Origin: Alphaproteobacteria bacterium
Lineage (GTDB): Bacteria > Pseudomonadota > Alphaproteobacteria > UBA828
DNA length: 64,000 nucleotides
Assembly (NCBI GenBank): GCA_963667785.2
Contig: CAXXMU010000002.1
Span: 32,001 to 96,000 of the forward strand
Reading direction: 5' to 3'
In this document: piece after piece, positions 38,549-49,000 of the stretch
Layout: each line of letters begins with the position of its first letter
Numbering within the stretch: position 1 is the first letter of the stretch
Program-made: the position numbers and the translations under genes
The notes under the pieces: generated by a model
The model's database searches: none
What the model saw: the letters and a program-made list of their open reading frames with translations, nothing else
What the model was told of the DNA's origin: nothing

Positions 38549-39643
38549 ATGGGCACGAGCACGACCTTCCTGAACGAGCGCGCGTGGCGGTACTTCTGGC
38601 ACCCGGTGTGCACGGTCGCGGAGCTGCGGGCCGCGGCGGCAGACGGGAATCGGCCGCTCGCCGTGACCCTGCTCGGCGAGAGGCTGGCGGTGGCGGAGAT
38701 CGAGGGCCGCATCGCCGCGCTCAAGGACCGCTGCATCCACCGCTCGACGAAGCTCTCGGTGGGGCGCGTCGAGGCCGGCGGGCTGCGCTGCGCCTATCAC
38801 GGATGGCTCTACGGAGCAGACGGGCGCTGCCGCGAGATTCCCTCGATGCCCGACTACGCGATCCCCGACGACTGCAGGGTCGCGGCCCACGATGCGGCAA
38901 TCGAGTACGACCTGGTGTGGGTGCGGCTCGATGCCTCCCTCGATACTCGCATCCCCGGCTGCCCCGCCTTCGGCGATGCCGCGTTTCGCTGCGTGGCGGG
39001 CGAGCCCTACACGTGGCCCACGTCGGCGGCGCGCCGGCTGGAGAACTTCGTCGACCTCGCGCACTTTCCCTTCGTGCACGACGGCACGCTCGGCGACCGG
39101 CGCCAGCCGCTCGTTCCCATCGCCAAGGTCGACCGGCTCAATCGGGAGCTGCGCTTCCGGTTCGTGCCCTCGCCGGAGATGCAGCTCCCCGGCGTCGCGC
39201 TGATGGCGCCCACCGACTATCGCCTCTGGGTGCCGTTCACCGTCAATCTCGAGTTCTTCTTCCCGGACGGAGAGCGCAGCCAGCTCTGGATGTCCGCCTC
39301 CCCGGTGGAATCGGGCGCATGCCGCAGCTTCTGGTTCACCTGCCGGACGGCGGATCGGGACGGGGACGACCAACCGCACCTCGACTTCCAGGCCGTGGTG
39401 CTGAGCGAGGACCTGCCGGTGATCGAGGCGCAGGAGCCGCCCGAGATCCCGGCGCCTGCCGAGGAGTATTCGGTGCGCACCGACAAGGTCTCCATCGCCT
39501 ACCGCAGGTGGCTCAAGGAGCTCTCGAAGGCGGCCGACGAAGGCGCGGATGCGCTGGCCCGCTGCCTCGATTCCGTGCGCATCGAGTCCGACCGGACCTT
39601 CGACGACATGCCGGCCGCCGCGTCCGCTGCGGGCGCGGGCTAG
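38549..39643 (+). CDS. Rieske non-heme iron oxygenase alpha subunit (VanA / N-demethylase-like)
   Basis: WHPV, Rieske motif DRCIHR..LRCAYHGW, Fe site ENFVDLAHFPFVH, later ED. Confidence 0.9.
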   Translation: MGTSTTFLNERAWRYFWHPVCTVAELRAAAADGNRPLAVTLLGERLAVAEIEGRIAALKDRCIHRSTKLSVGRVEAGGLRCAYHGWLYGADGRCREIPSMPDYAIPDDCRVAAHDAAIEYDLVWVRLDASLDTRIPGCPAFGDAAFRCVAGEPYTWPTSAARRLENFVDLAHFPFVHDGTLGDRRQPLVPIAKVDRLNRELRFRFVPSPEMQLPGVALMAPTDYRLWVPFTVNLEFFFPDGERSQLWMSASPVESGACRSFWFTCRTADRDGDDQPHLDFQAVVLSEDLPVIEAQEPPEIPAPAEEYSVRTDKVSIAYRRWLKELSKAADEGADALARCLDSVRIESDRTFDDMPAAASAAGAG

Positions 39644-39687
39644 CCCGCGGCGTCACGGCCGCTGGCACGGAAGGGAGACAACGGCGG

Positions 39688-40008
39688 ATGGGAGGAGTCG
39701 TCTACCACGTGGTCGGGCAGAGGGCCCGTCTCCGCGACGGCGACGTCACGTGCGTGGTCGTCGAGGGAAGGGAGATCGCGCTCTACAGGATCGGCGACGA
39801 GTTCTTCGCGACCGACGACGCCTGCACCCATGCCCACGGCTCGCTCTGCGAGGGATACCTGGAGGGCGAGGAGATCGAGTGTCCGCTTCACGCGGGCCGC
39901 TTCAACGTCCGCACCGGCGAAGCGACTTGCTCGCCGGCCACGGAGGCCCTCGCCACCTACGAGGTGAAACGCGACGGCGAGGACATCCTGATCGGCATTC
40001 CCGCGTGA
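39688..40008 (+). CDS. Rieske-type ferredoxin
   Basis: DD.CTH..GSL.EG..IECPLHAGRF..RTG. Confidence 0.9.
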   Translation: MGGVVYHVVGQRARLRDGDVTCVVVEGREIALYRIGDEFFATDDACTHAHGSLCEGYLEGEEIECPLHAGRFNVRTGEATCSPATEALATYEVKRDGEDILIGIPA

Positions 40009-40070
40009 GCGTGCCTGCGGACCGGCCACCCGCCCACTGTCCGCATGGCCTCCTAACATACTGATCTGAT

Positions 40071-40117
40071 TGGTACGCCCGCCTGGACTCGAACCAGGGA
40101 CCCTCTGATTAAAAGTC
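40071..40117 (-). repeat. att site: exact 47-bp duplicate of the 3' part of tRNA-Lys
   Basis: TGGTACGCCCGCCTGGACTCGAACCAGGGACCCTCTGATTAAAAGTC is identical to 59637-59683. Confidence 0.95.
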
Positions 40118-40683
40118 TTGACATTTTCGTTTTGAATCAAGGGGTTTTCGCAGTTTCGAGCCATTTTTCTCCCACTGAATATCAATGGCTTATCGGCAAA
40201 CTGTAAAACACTTTTCATGGCTGATGGAAAGACGAGAGCGGGCCGGAACGACATGGCGGTAGATACTCTCGTTGGGGGCGCGTTCACGGTCCTCCGCGGT
40301 ATGTCGGATTCCAGCAAGCACTGACCCATAATCGGTCCACTCTACTTTGGTTTGCGCGCCAATGGCGGCGATCCCAGCACGATCGGCCTCAAGGCCAAGG
40401 CACCGGCCTCGAGACCCATCGCGGCGGGCTGGTACGGGAAGTTGCGGATGAATGAAACGGGTGTTTCGGGCGTGCTGACGACTGAGTGGCGTCGCCCCTA
40501 ACGAATGAGGCGCAAAGCACGGTGACTAAGACTAACAAAGGAAACTACAGGCTGGGCGCTCGAGAAGTGGGTGCTTGCGAAACGTGTGCTCATTCCTTGG
40601 TGGGTAAGCGTCTGGCGTAGATCCTTTGCCCGGAAACTGTGGCATAGTGGAGCCTGCCCTGGGGCCACGAAGAGCAGGGGAAA

Positions 40684-40790
40684 CTGGGCGACCGTTTCGA
40701 CGTATCCGGTCGAACCGCGTTCGTCACAGGCGCGAGCCGGGGCCACGACGCAGCGATTTTGCGGCAGCTTGCTAGTTTGGCGTGTCAGTC
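40684..40790 (+). pseudogene. Relic of a short-chain dehydrogenase N-terminus
   Basis: Translates as LGDRFDVSGRTAFVTGASRGHDAAILRQLASLA, a decayed TGxxxGIG motif. No recognisable rest of the gene. Confidence 0.55.
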
Positions 40791-40955
40791 CCAGAATTTG
40801 AACGGGACCACCCATTGGTATCGGGCATTTGCCAACAAGGCGGAGCCGAAGCGCTTTCTGGAAGCTCACTGGGCGAGAGCCATCCCGAAGCGCTTTGGCG
40901 AAGAAGGCCGACGATTCTCGCCCGCGGCCAAGAACTTCGGACGTGAGGGTCGACA

Positions 40956-42086
40956 ATGGTAGGCCGGTTGCAGCGAGCGATTGAAGCCGATGTTCAGTCC
41001 GGCCTCTATGACGGAGCCGCGACGATCGTTGCAGTCGGCGGCGAGATCGCGTTCAACGAGACGATCGGATACGCCGATCGCGCCAACGAGACGCCGCTCC
41101 GCCATGACAGCGTCTTTCCGGTGTTCTCGATTTCGAAGGCACTGACCGCCGTTGCCTTGCTGCAACGCGTCGAACGCGGGGAGGCCAGACTGGATACACC
41201 GGTCTGCGAGGTGATTCCCGAGTTCGGCGTGAAGGGGAAGGCGCGCGCGACGCTCGGGCAGCTTCTCTGTCACACGGCCGGCGTGGCGCCCGGCTTTCCG
41301 GCCGTCCCCGCAGACAAGCAGGGCGATCTCAAGGCGGTGGTTGCCGCCGTCTGCGCCACGCCCGCGGTTTCGGTGCCGGGAGAGGAGGCGAGCTATTCGC
41401 AGATCATGGCGCACGCCGTGGCGGCGGAGTGTGTCCGGAGACTGGACGGAAACGGGCTTCGCTTCCGCGATATCGTGACACGCGACATTTGCGCGCCGCT
41501 CGGCATGGTGGACACGAGCCTCGGCATGCGTGCGGATCTCGCGTCCCGCGGCATTGTCCCCCGCTGCACCGATCGCAGCCCCGGGCTGTTCGATCCGGAC
41601 GCCCTCGTCGCGGCGGCGCAGGACATCATGGACCCTGCGCTCGACCACGAAATGCCCGCTGCCGGCTTCGTCTCGACGCTGAACGACATCTTTGCATTTA
41701 CTGAGGCGCTCCGGTGCGGGGGACGGCGCGACGACGCGCGCGTGCTCTCCCCTGCCATGGTTGCGTTCGCGACCAGGGTTCATACCGGGACCATGGTCAA
41801 CACCCAGTGGCATTTCGCCCGCGAAATGAAGGGCTGGCCCGCGTTCCCGGCCAATCTCGGACTCGGCTTCTTCATCCGTGGCGAGGGCATGATCCCCACG
41901 TACTTCGGGCATCTGTCGAGCCCGGAAACGTTCGGTGCCTTCGGTGCCGGTTCGACCAACATGTGGGTCGATCCGACGCGGGATATGACCATGATCTGCC
42001 TCACGACCGGCATTCTGGAAGAGACGAACAGCGCCGCTCGCTTTCAGCGACTCTCGGACATCGCAATCGCCGAATTCTACGGCTGA
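40956..42086 (+). CDS. Serine hydrolase, beta-lactamase class C / esterase family
   Basis: FSISK (SxxK), LLCHTAG, PG...SYS, PLGM.DT, S.ETFG..G.GS...WVDP. Confidence 0.88.
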   Translation: MVGRLQRAIEADVQSGLYDGAATIVAVGGEIAFNETIGYADRANETPLRHDSVFPVFSISKALTAVALLQRVERGEARLDTPVCEVIPEFGVKGKARATLGQLLCHTAGVAPGFPAVPADKQGDLKAVVAAVCATPAVSVPGEEASYSQIMAHAVAAECVRRLDGNGLRFRDIVTRDICAPLGMVDTSLGMRADLASRGIVPRCTDRSPGLFDPDALVAAAQDIMDPALDHEMPAAGFVSTLNDIFAFTEALRCGGRRDDARVLSPAMVAFATRVHTGTMVNTQWHFAREMKGWPAFPANLGLGFFIRGEGMIPTYFGHLSSPETFGAFGAGSTNMWVDPTRDMTMICLTTGILEETNSAARFQRLSDIAIAEFYG

Positions 42087-42803
42087 CGTGCGCAGACCGA
42101 TGTAAGACGAATGCGGTCGCCGCAGGTGTCGCAGCCAGTCATTTGCTTTGCGAAGATCATCAAGCGGCGCGGCGTTTCGTCGCGCAACGCGCGTTTACTG
42201 CGACACGATCGCCAGAGTACGGCCGAGCGGGAGGCCATTGTCCACGCTCAACAACACGCGAGCGCCGAAGGCGATGTCGGCACCGATCAGGGCAGCTTGC
42301 CGCCCGGACAGGTGAAGTTGATGGAGAGCACCTACCGCGGCGTCGTCTTGCTCGCGACCCTGAAGCGCGACGAAATGTTCCGCGACGGTCGTCACGAAGA
42401 GCACGGTCGAATGCTCGAGGACGCCAGAAAGTCGCAGTCGGAACTGTTCTCCGGCGAGTGAGCGGTCACCGATTGCCGTGCGCTTCGTCGACCGCGGCAG
42501 CAGGATGCTGCAGGACTTGCACGAAGAAGCGGCTCTGAGTATCGACCCAGCGGCGAACATCCGGACCGCGAGAGACCGCCTTGGCGGCATGCCGGGACTG
42601 TCCCACGGATTGTCGGCGTTCTCCTTCCAGCAGCCGTAAGCGGTTTGAAGCTACTTGCGTGCCGACTCGCGATAGCTCCCGGCGGGCCTGCGTTTGCCGA
42701 CGGTTAGCGGAAACCACTCTGACAGGTCTCGTAACCGAAATGCCTGCTGCTACATTCGATGCGTCCAAGCAATGGACGCAACCAACACGGCCTTCGACCA
42801 TGT

Positions 42804-44549
42804 TCATCGCACAGCAATTGAGCGTGCGAACTCGTCCGCCCCCGCGTCCGCCGCACGCCGGAAGGACTGCAACGCGTCGTCCAGCCCGTCTCCAGGGTAT
42901 CGATACTCGTCGGGTACCGAATCGTAGCGTGCCTGGGCTCGTTCAAACGAGGTCTGCCATTGGCTCGTGAATCCCTCCGTCTTCGAAACGCAACCCGAGG
43001 CCGTCTGCTGGATCATCTCCAACTCGCCCCTCAGAAAGCCCAGAAAGTCATGGATCGCGACCTGCTGACGGCTGATCTTCTCGAAGTGATAGCCCATGGC
43101 CGCCAGATAGATCGCCTCGGGAAGCATGTGGGGGTGTTTCTTGGAGACCTTGCCGATGAACTTCGAATAGGCAGGGAGCTGCCTGCGGGAGAGACGACGG
43201 CGAACGATCATGAAGGCTGCATCGATCTCGTTCCTGCTCCTGGGCTTTCGAAGATGCCGGACGGGCTTCAGGTGCCTGAACAGGGTCAGGCAGCGGCTGA
43301 AGTAATTCTCCAGGGTCGGATCGTAGAGTGTGGTTAGCACGCGTTCGTAGCCCTCGATCAAGGTGCCGTAACTCATCTCCGTCCTGAAGTTGAGTGGCAT
43401 GGCACTGGTTCCGAGTGGGGCCTCCAGCAGCCGGTTTTCCGACTTCAGGCGCTCGTACATGTCCGTGCCCTTCAAGGCGGTCAACAAATAGATGGGGGCC
43501 ACAGGAATCCCGGTCTCCTGGACAAATTTTATCTGGGCATCGAACACGCCCTCGTCATCGCTATCCAGACCCAGGATGAACCCGCCCTGGACCTGCATGC
43601 CGTGCTGCTGGATTTTTCGAATGGCGTGGAAGAGGAAGTTCTCCTGGGTTTTGCTGGTGTTTTGCTGCTTCTTGGTCTTGAGCAAGGCCTCGGGGTTGGG
43701 GGTTTCGATGCCGACGAACACGGAATCGAAGCCGGCCTCGATCATGGCATCCATCATCGCGTCCATCAGCGCCAGGTTCGCGCTCGCTTCCGTCATCAGG
43801 GTGAACGGATATCCCTTGGCCTTTTGCCACTCGGCGATCGCCGGCAGCAGGTTCAAGGCATCCCGCTTGTTGCCGATGAAGTTGTCGTCAACCAGAAAAA
43901 CCGGGCCTCGCCAGCCCAGGCGGTAGAGGGAATCAAGCTCCTCCACGACCTGTTCCGGCGACTTGGTGCGGGGCACGCGGCCGTAGAGCTTGATGATGTC
44001 GCAGAATTCGCAGTCGAATGGACATCCCCTGGAGAACTGCACGCTCATCGTGGCGTAGTTCTTCAAGTCGATGAGGTCGAAGCGGGGAACCGGCGTCCGG
44101 GTCACGTCCGGCTTCCGTGTTTCCCGCCAGAATTTCTTGGCCGTGCCGGCTTCCAGGTCCTGCAGGAAATCCGCAAAGATTTCCTCGGCCTCGTCCAGCA
44201 CGAAGTGGTCCACGCCCACGATCTCCTCGTGAAACGTGGTCGGATGAGGTCCCCCTGCAACCACCGGAACGCCTTTTCGGTTGCAACGCTCGATCACCGC
44301 GCGTAGCGACACATGTTGCGTGATCATCGTGGACGTGAACACGTAATCCGCCCACTCAAGGTCGGCGTCCTGCAAGGCGCCCACGTTCATGTCGACCACG
44401 CGGAGCGCATAGCTCGGAGGAAACAACGCGGCGATCGTCAGCAGTCCCAGGGGCGGGTGGGTCGCCTTGACCCCCGTCAGCTCCAGCGCGTGGTCGGCCC
44501 CCCAGTAGGTCGGAGGGTGTTCCGGGTAGACCAGCAGAGCGTTTGGCAC
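42804..44549 (-). CDS. B12-binding radical SAM protein (DUF4070 / HpnP-like), SwfC-like
   Basis: N-terminal PPLGLLTIAAL..VVAGGPH, SRGCPFDCEFC (CX3CX2C), FLVDDNFIGN, VFVGIET, GGFILGLD.D. GTG start with GGAGGAG RBS. Confidence 0.92.
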   Translation of the reverse strand: MPNALLVYPEHPPTYWGADHALELTGVKATHPPLGLLTIAALFPPSYALRVVDMNVGALQDADLEWADYVFTSTMITQHVSLRAVIERCNRKGVPVVAGGPHPTTFHEEIVGVDHFVLDEAEEIFADFLQDLEAGTAKKFWRETRKPDVTRTPVPRFDLIDLKNYATMSVQFSRGCPFDCEFCDIIKLYGRVPRTKSPEQVVEELDSLYRLGWRGPVFLVDDNFIGNKRDALNLLPAIAEWQKAKGYPFTLMTEASANLALMDAMMDAMIEAGFDSVFVGIETPNPEALLKTKKQQNTSKTQENFLFHAIRKIQQHGMQVQGGFILGLDSDDEGVFDAQIKFVQETGIPVAPIYLLTALKGTDMYERLKSENRLLEAPLGTSAMPLNFRTEMSYGTLIEGYERVLTTLYDPTLENYFSRCLTLFRHLKPVRHLRKPRSRNEIDAAFMIVRRRLSRRQLPAYSKFIGKVSKKHPHMLPEAIYLAAMGYHFEKISRQQVAIHDFLGFLRGELEMIQQTASGCVSKTEGFTSQWQTSFERAQARYDSVPDEYRYPGDGLDDALQSFRRAADAGADEFARSIAVR

Positions 44550-44869
44550 GACCGGGTTCTCCTCTCCTCCACCCTCACGTCCGGCGACCAGCTATCGCCG
44601 AGGGCATGTCTTCAGGCGACGTTGGCGAGACCATGTCCAGACTTTACGAATTGGGCCTCAGTGGAAGCCGTTCTTAGCGCTGGCAGGGCTCTCGGTACCA
44701 ACCGCCCGAGTATCGCGATTGAGCAGTCAATCCGCGAGCGAGAGGCGCCCCCTAACGCCTCTCGGAGAGCGCAAAGTAGCAGGAAAGTGTCCTTAGTGCC
44801 CTGCCGAGTACGCACAGGTATACTGAGTCCGCTCGACACACCCATCCCGTGCAACGTTCGGAACAGGCG

Positions 44870-46054
44870 ATGGCACAGGAAACGACAGAGCCCCAAGGTA
44901 GATCCGGCCGTCCCAAGTGGATGGGCTACGCGCAGCTGATCCTGATATTGGCCGCCGTCGGAGTGGCCCTCTACTTCGCACAGGCGCCGAGCCGCGTGGA
45001 GCGCGACCCGATTTCCGACATGGCGCTCGACCAGGCCAAGCCCACCGTCGCCGTGATTCAGTCGGTGCCGACCGAGCAGGCGCTGAGGGTCGACCTGACA
45101 GGAGGGGTCACGCTGCACGGAAACGTCAAGGTCACCTCCGAAGTCGGCGGCCGCGTGGTCTGGGTCTCGCCCAGTTTCCGGAACGGCGGGTCGATCGCCG
45201 CGAACGAGGCCATCATCAAGGTCGATCCGGCGGAGTACGAGCTCGAGCTCGAAGTTGCCGCCGCGAAGGTCGCAAAGGCGGATGCCCGGGTCCAGATCGA
45301 GAAGGCCAAGGCGGAGGAAAGCCTGGCCACTTTCGCACGCGAGAACCCCGGAGCCGACATTCCCGAGCGGGTGCACCGCGCGGCGTACATCGCGAAGGCG
45401 GAAGCCGTGCTCATGGAGGCGCAGGCCGAGATGAAGCTGGCGCAGCTCCGGCTCGACCGAACCGAGATATCCCTTCCGTTCGACGTCCGGGTCGCAGCGG
45501 CGGACATCGATGTCGGCCAGTTTGTCGGCCCCGCCGAGCTGGTCGGCCGTGCCTCGTCATTGGGGTCCGTCTACCGAACCGACGCGCTCCAGGTCAGAGC
45601 GCCCATCGAACAGGAGAGCTTGGCCTATCTCGCGCCGGCCATCGGTCGCTCCGCCACGGTTCGGACTGCGGCAGGAATATACGACGCCGTGGTGGAGCGC
45701 ACGTCCGCAATCATCGGCCCCAAGTCCCGTCTGGCGAGGGTCTTCCTGAAGTTCGCTGCGGCTCACCCGTCGGATACGCTGCCGATGCCCGGCTCGTTCG
45801 TGGAGGTCTCGATCGCAGGGCCTGTGCACGACAACGTGCTCGTGCTGCCGGAATCGGCCATGCAGGATCAGGGCAGCGTCTGGATTGTCGAGGGCGGCGC
45901 GCTGAAGTCCGTCACGCCGCGCACGCTGGGATACGCCGACGGCGGCGTGGTGGTGGAGGCGTTCGAGGTGGGCGAGGGCATCGTCGTCGGCTCCTTGCCG
46001 GGAGCGCGAGAGGGATTGGCCGTCGAGGTCAGCGCCGCGCAGGCGTCGGAATAG
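44870..46054 (+). CDS. RND efflux periplasmic adaptor (MFP)
   Basis: N-terminal TM anchor, EVGGRV..V, helical hairpin, L.RTEI..PF, VGQFV, PGSFVEV.I, LPESA. Confidence 0.9.
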   Translation: MAQETTEPQGRSGRPKWMGYAQLILILAAVGVALYFAQAPSRVERDPISDMALDQAKPTVAVIQSVPTEQALRVDLTGGVTLHGNVKVTSEVGGRVVWVSPSFRNGGSIAANEAIIKVDPAEYELELEVAAAKVAKADARVQIEKAKAEESLATFARENPGADIPERVHRAAYIAKAEAVLMEAQAEMKLAQLRLDRTEISLPFDVRVAAADIDVGQFVGPAELVGRASSLGSVYRTDALQVRAPIEQESLAYLAPAIGRSATVRTAAGIYDAVVERTSAIIGPKSRLARVFLKFAAAHPSDTLPMPGSFVEVSIAGPVHDNVLVLPESAMQDQGSVWIVEGGALKSVTPRTLGYADGGVVVEAFEVGEGIVVGSLPGAREGLAVEVSAAQASE

Positions 46055-46066
46055 CGGAGTCGGGCC

Positions 46067-49000
46067 ATGAGCATGACCGACGCCGGCAGCACCAACGCCG
46101 GGCCCGCGGCGCAGCCAGGCCCGACCGGCCTCACGTCGGGGCTGATCGCCTACTTCGCCGGCAACCGCGTTGCCGCCAACCTGCTGATGATTCTGCTGAT
46201 CGTCGGCGGCGTGCTTTCGGGGCTTCAGCTCATCGTCCAGTACTACCCGGATATCGAGGCGCGGCGGGCCGCCGTTTCGGTGCTGTATCCGGGCGCCGCG
46301 CCCCAGGAAGTCGAGGAGGACATCAACCGCCGCATCGAGGAAGCCGTCGTCGGGCTGCCGGGCGTCGAGCGCGTGGTGTCGACCGCAAGCCAGAGCCTCG
46401 GCAAGGTCACGGTAGAGATGGCGACCTTCGCGGATACCGACGCCGTCTTCAACGACATTCAGAGCGCCATCGACGGCATCGAGAACTTCCCGCCGGTCAG
46501 GGCGGAGCAGCCGGACGTCAGGCTGCTCAAGATCTCCCACGAGGTCATGACGCTGGCGGTCGTCTCGTCCAGTCTTTCCGAGGACGGACTGCGCCTCGCG
46601 GCGGAAGACCTGCGCGACAGGGTGCTGGCGCTGCCGTCGGTCTCTCAGGTGGGGCTGAAAGGCACCCGGGACCGTGAGATCACGATCGAGCTGAGCGAGG
46701 AGGAGCTGCGCCGCCACGGCCTCTCCATCGGCGAAGTGTCCAGAAAGGTCAGGCGGGCGTCCCTCAACCTCACCATGGGCGAGATACGGACGGGCACCGG
46801 CAGCGTGATCCTGCAGACCGTCGCCAAGAGGAGCGTCGGCCAGGATTTCCAGGACATTCCGCTGCTCACGCATAACGATGGCACGATCATGACGCTCGGC
46901 GACGTCGCCAGGATTCGCGACGGGTTCGTGGACGAGGAGGTGGTCACCGAGGTCAACGGCCATCCGGCGGTGCTGGTTCGCATCGATGCGACCGAGGAGC
47001 AGTCCGTCGTCGAGATGGCCGAGGAGATCAGGAATCTGCTCGCGGTCTATAGCCCGCCCGAAGGCGTGAGTGTCAGTATCTGGAACGACAACGCCAGCCC
47101 CATATTCGACCGGCTGCTGGAGATCGTGAAGAACGGGGCGATCGGCACGATCCTGGTGTTCATCAGCCTCGTTCTCGTCTTCGAGCTCCGCATCGCGTTG
47201 TGGATGACCGTCGGCATCCCCTTGTCGTTCGTGGGCTCGTTGCTCTTCTTCGACGCTGCAGACCTAACGCTCAATCTCGGCACGATTTTCGGCTTCTTCC
47301 TCCTGGTGGGCATCGTCGTGGACGATTCCGTCGTGGTCGGCGAAAGCATCGCGGCGGAACGCGAGAAGGGGAAGAATGCGCTCGACGCGGCGGTCTCGGG
47401 CGCGCGGGCCATGGTGGGTCCGCTCACCATCGGCGCCGTCACGACGATTCTGGCCTTCCTGCCATTCCTCTTCATCACGTCGCCCGCGTTCCAGATCGTG
47501 AACGTGTTCCCCTATGTCGCGATCCTCGTCTTGCTCGTCTCGCTGGTTGCGGCGTTCTTCATCCTCCCGGCGCATCTCTCGCACGGGAGGCGCTGGAGCC
47601 TCTCACCGCTGAGCGACGTGCAGACCCAGGTCGGAGGATGGCTGGACGAGGTGCGCGACAGGGTCGTGGCGCCTGCAGCCTCGTGGGCCGTGCGCAACGT
47701 CTGGCTGTCGATCGTCGGCGCACTCCTCGTTCTGGTCGCTGCCGTTCTGCTCCTCGGCTCCGATGCCGTTCGGATCGTCCTCTTCGACGAGAACCTGAGC
47801 AGCACCGACAACGTGCAGGCGGACATCTATCTGCCGGTGGGTGCGCCGTTCGAGGAGACGCTGGCTGCAGCCGACCGCTTCGTCGAGGCAGCGCACAGCC
47901 TCAACGACCGGCTGGAGGGCACCCCCGTCGACGCGGTGAGCATGATCGTCGGCAACATCGAGACAGGGCGGAAAGACGGGGAGAAGCTGAACAGCAGCCA
48001 TCTCGCCTCCGTGCGGCTGCATCTCAGCGACCAGGCCGATCGCAGCGCGAGCCCGCCCGAAGTCGAGCGAGCATGGCGCGAGGCCATCGGTTCCGTGACG
48101 AACCTGGAAAAGGCCGAATTCCGCTCCGGGCGCTTTGCCGCCAGGCCGAGCGTTTCCTACTCGCTCAAGCACGACCATATGGAGACGCTGAGAAGCGCGG
48201 CCGCGGAGCTGAGGGAGGGGATGGCGACCGTGCCGGGCATCTACGGCATCCATGATGACCTGGCGCCGGGCAAGCGCCACTTCGAGATTGAGCTGACCCC
48301 GGCAGGCAAGGCCGCAGGGCTGACGCCGGCACTGATCGGGACGCAGCTGCGCTCCAGCTTCCACGGCGTGGACGTCCAGCGCATCCAGAGGGGCCGCGAG
48401 GAAATCAACGTGGTGGTCAGGTATCCGGCCGAGCGGCGGCGCAGCCTGAGCGAGCTGGCCAGCGAACGGATCCAACGGCCGGGCGGCGGCGAAATCCCGC
48501 TCTCGCTGGTGGCGACGATCACCGAGAAGCGCGAGCCGGCGACGCTGACGCGGATCGACGGCAAGCGGGCGGCGCGCGTCAACGGGCGGGCGGACACTGC
48601 GGTGATCACGCCGATTCAGGCGCGGCAGGAGGTTCGCAACCAGGTCATTCCCGACCTTCTGGAGGCGTATCCCGGCCTTGCCATCGAGGTCGAAGCCGGC
48701 GCGCGGGACGAGAGCGACATGCTCGAGACGCTGGCGGTTCTCGTCCCCATCGTCCTGATCGCGATCTACGCCCTCATCGCGGCCTTCCTGCGCAGCTACT
48801 GGAAGCCGGTGATCGCGGTCGTGGGCATTCCCATCGCGTTCGCAGGCGCGATCGTGAGCCACTGGATACTCGGCTGGGATCTGACCACCATGTCGATCTT
48901 CGGCATGATCGCCGTCGGCGGCGTGGTCGTGAACGACGCCCTCGTGCTGCTGGACCGATACAACACGATCCGGCGGGACAATGCGACGATCCCCGCCATC

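Noticed and set aside
40071-40146. Second tRNA-Lys gene
   Set aside because: Identity stops within the anticodon arm, and the D-arm and 5' acceptor strand are absent. It is an att duplication.
42111-42630. Possible small gene(s) between the hydrolase and radical SAM genes
   Set aside because: The fragments look coding-like but are broken across frames, and I cannot assign a family.
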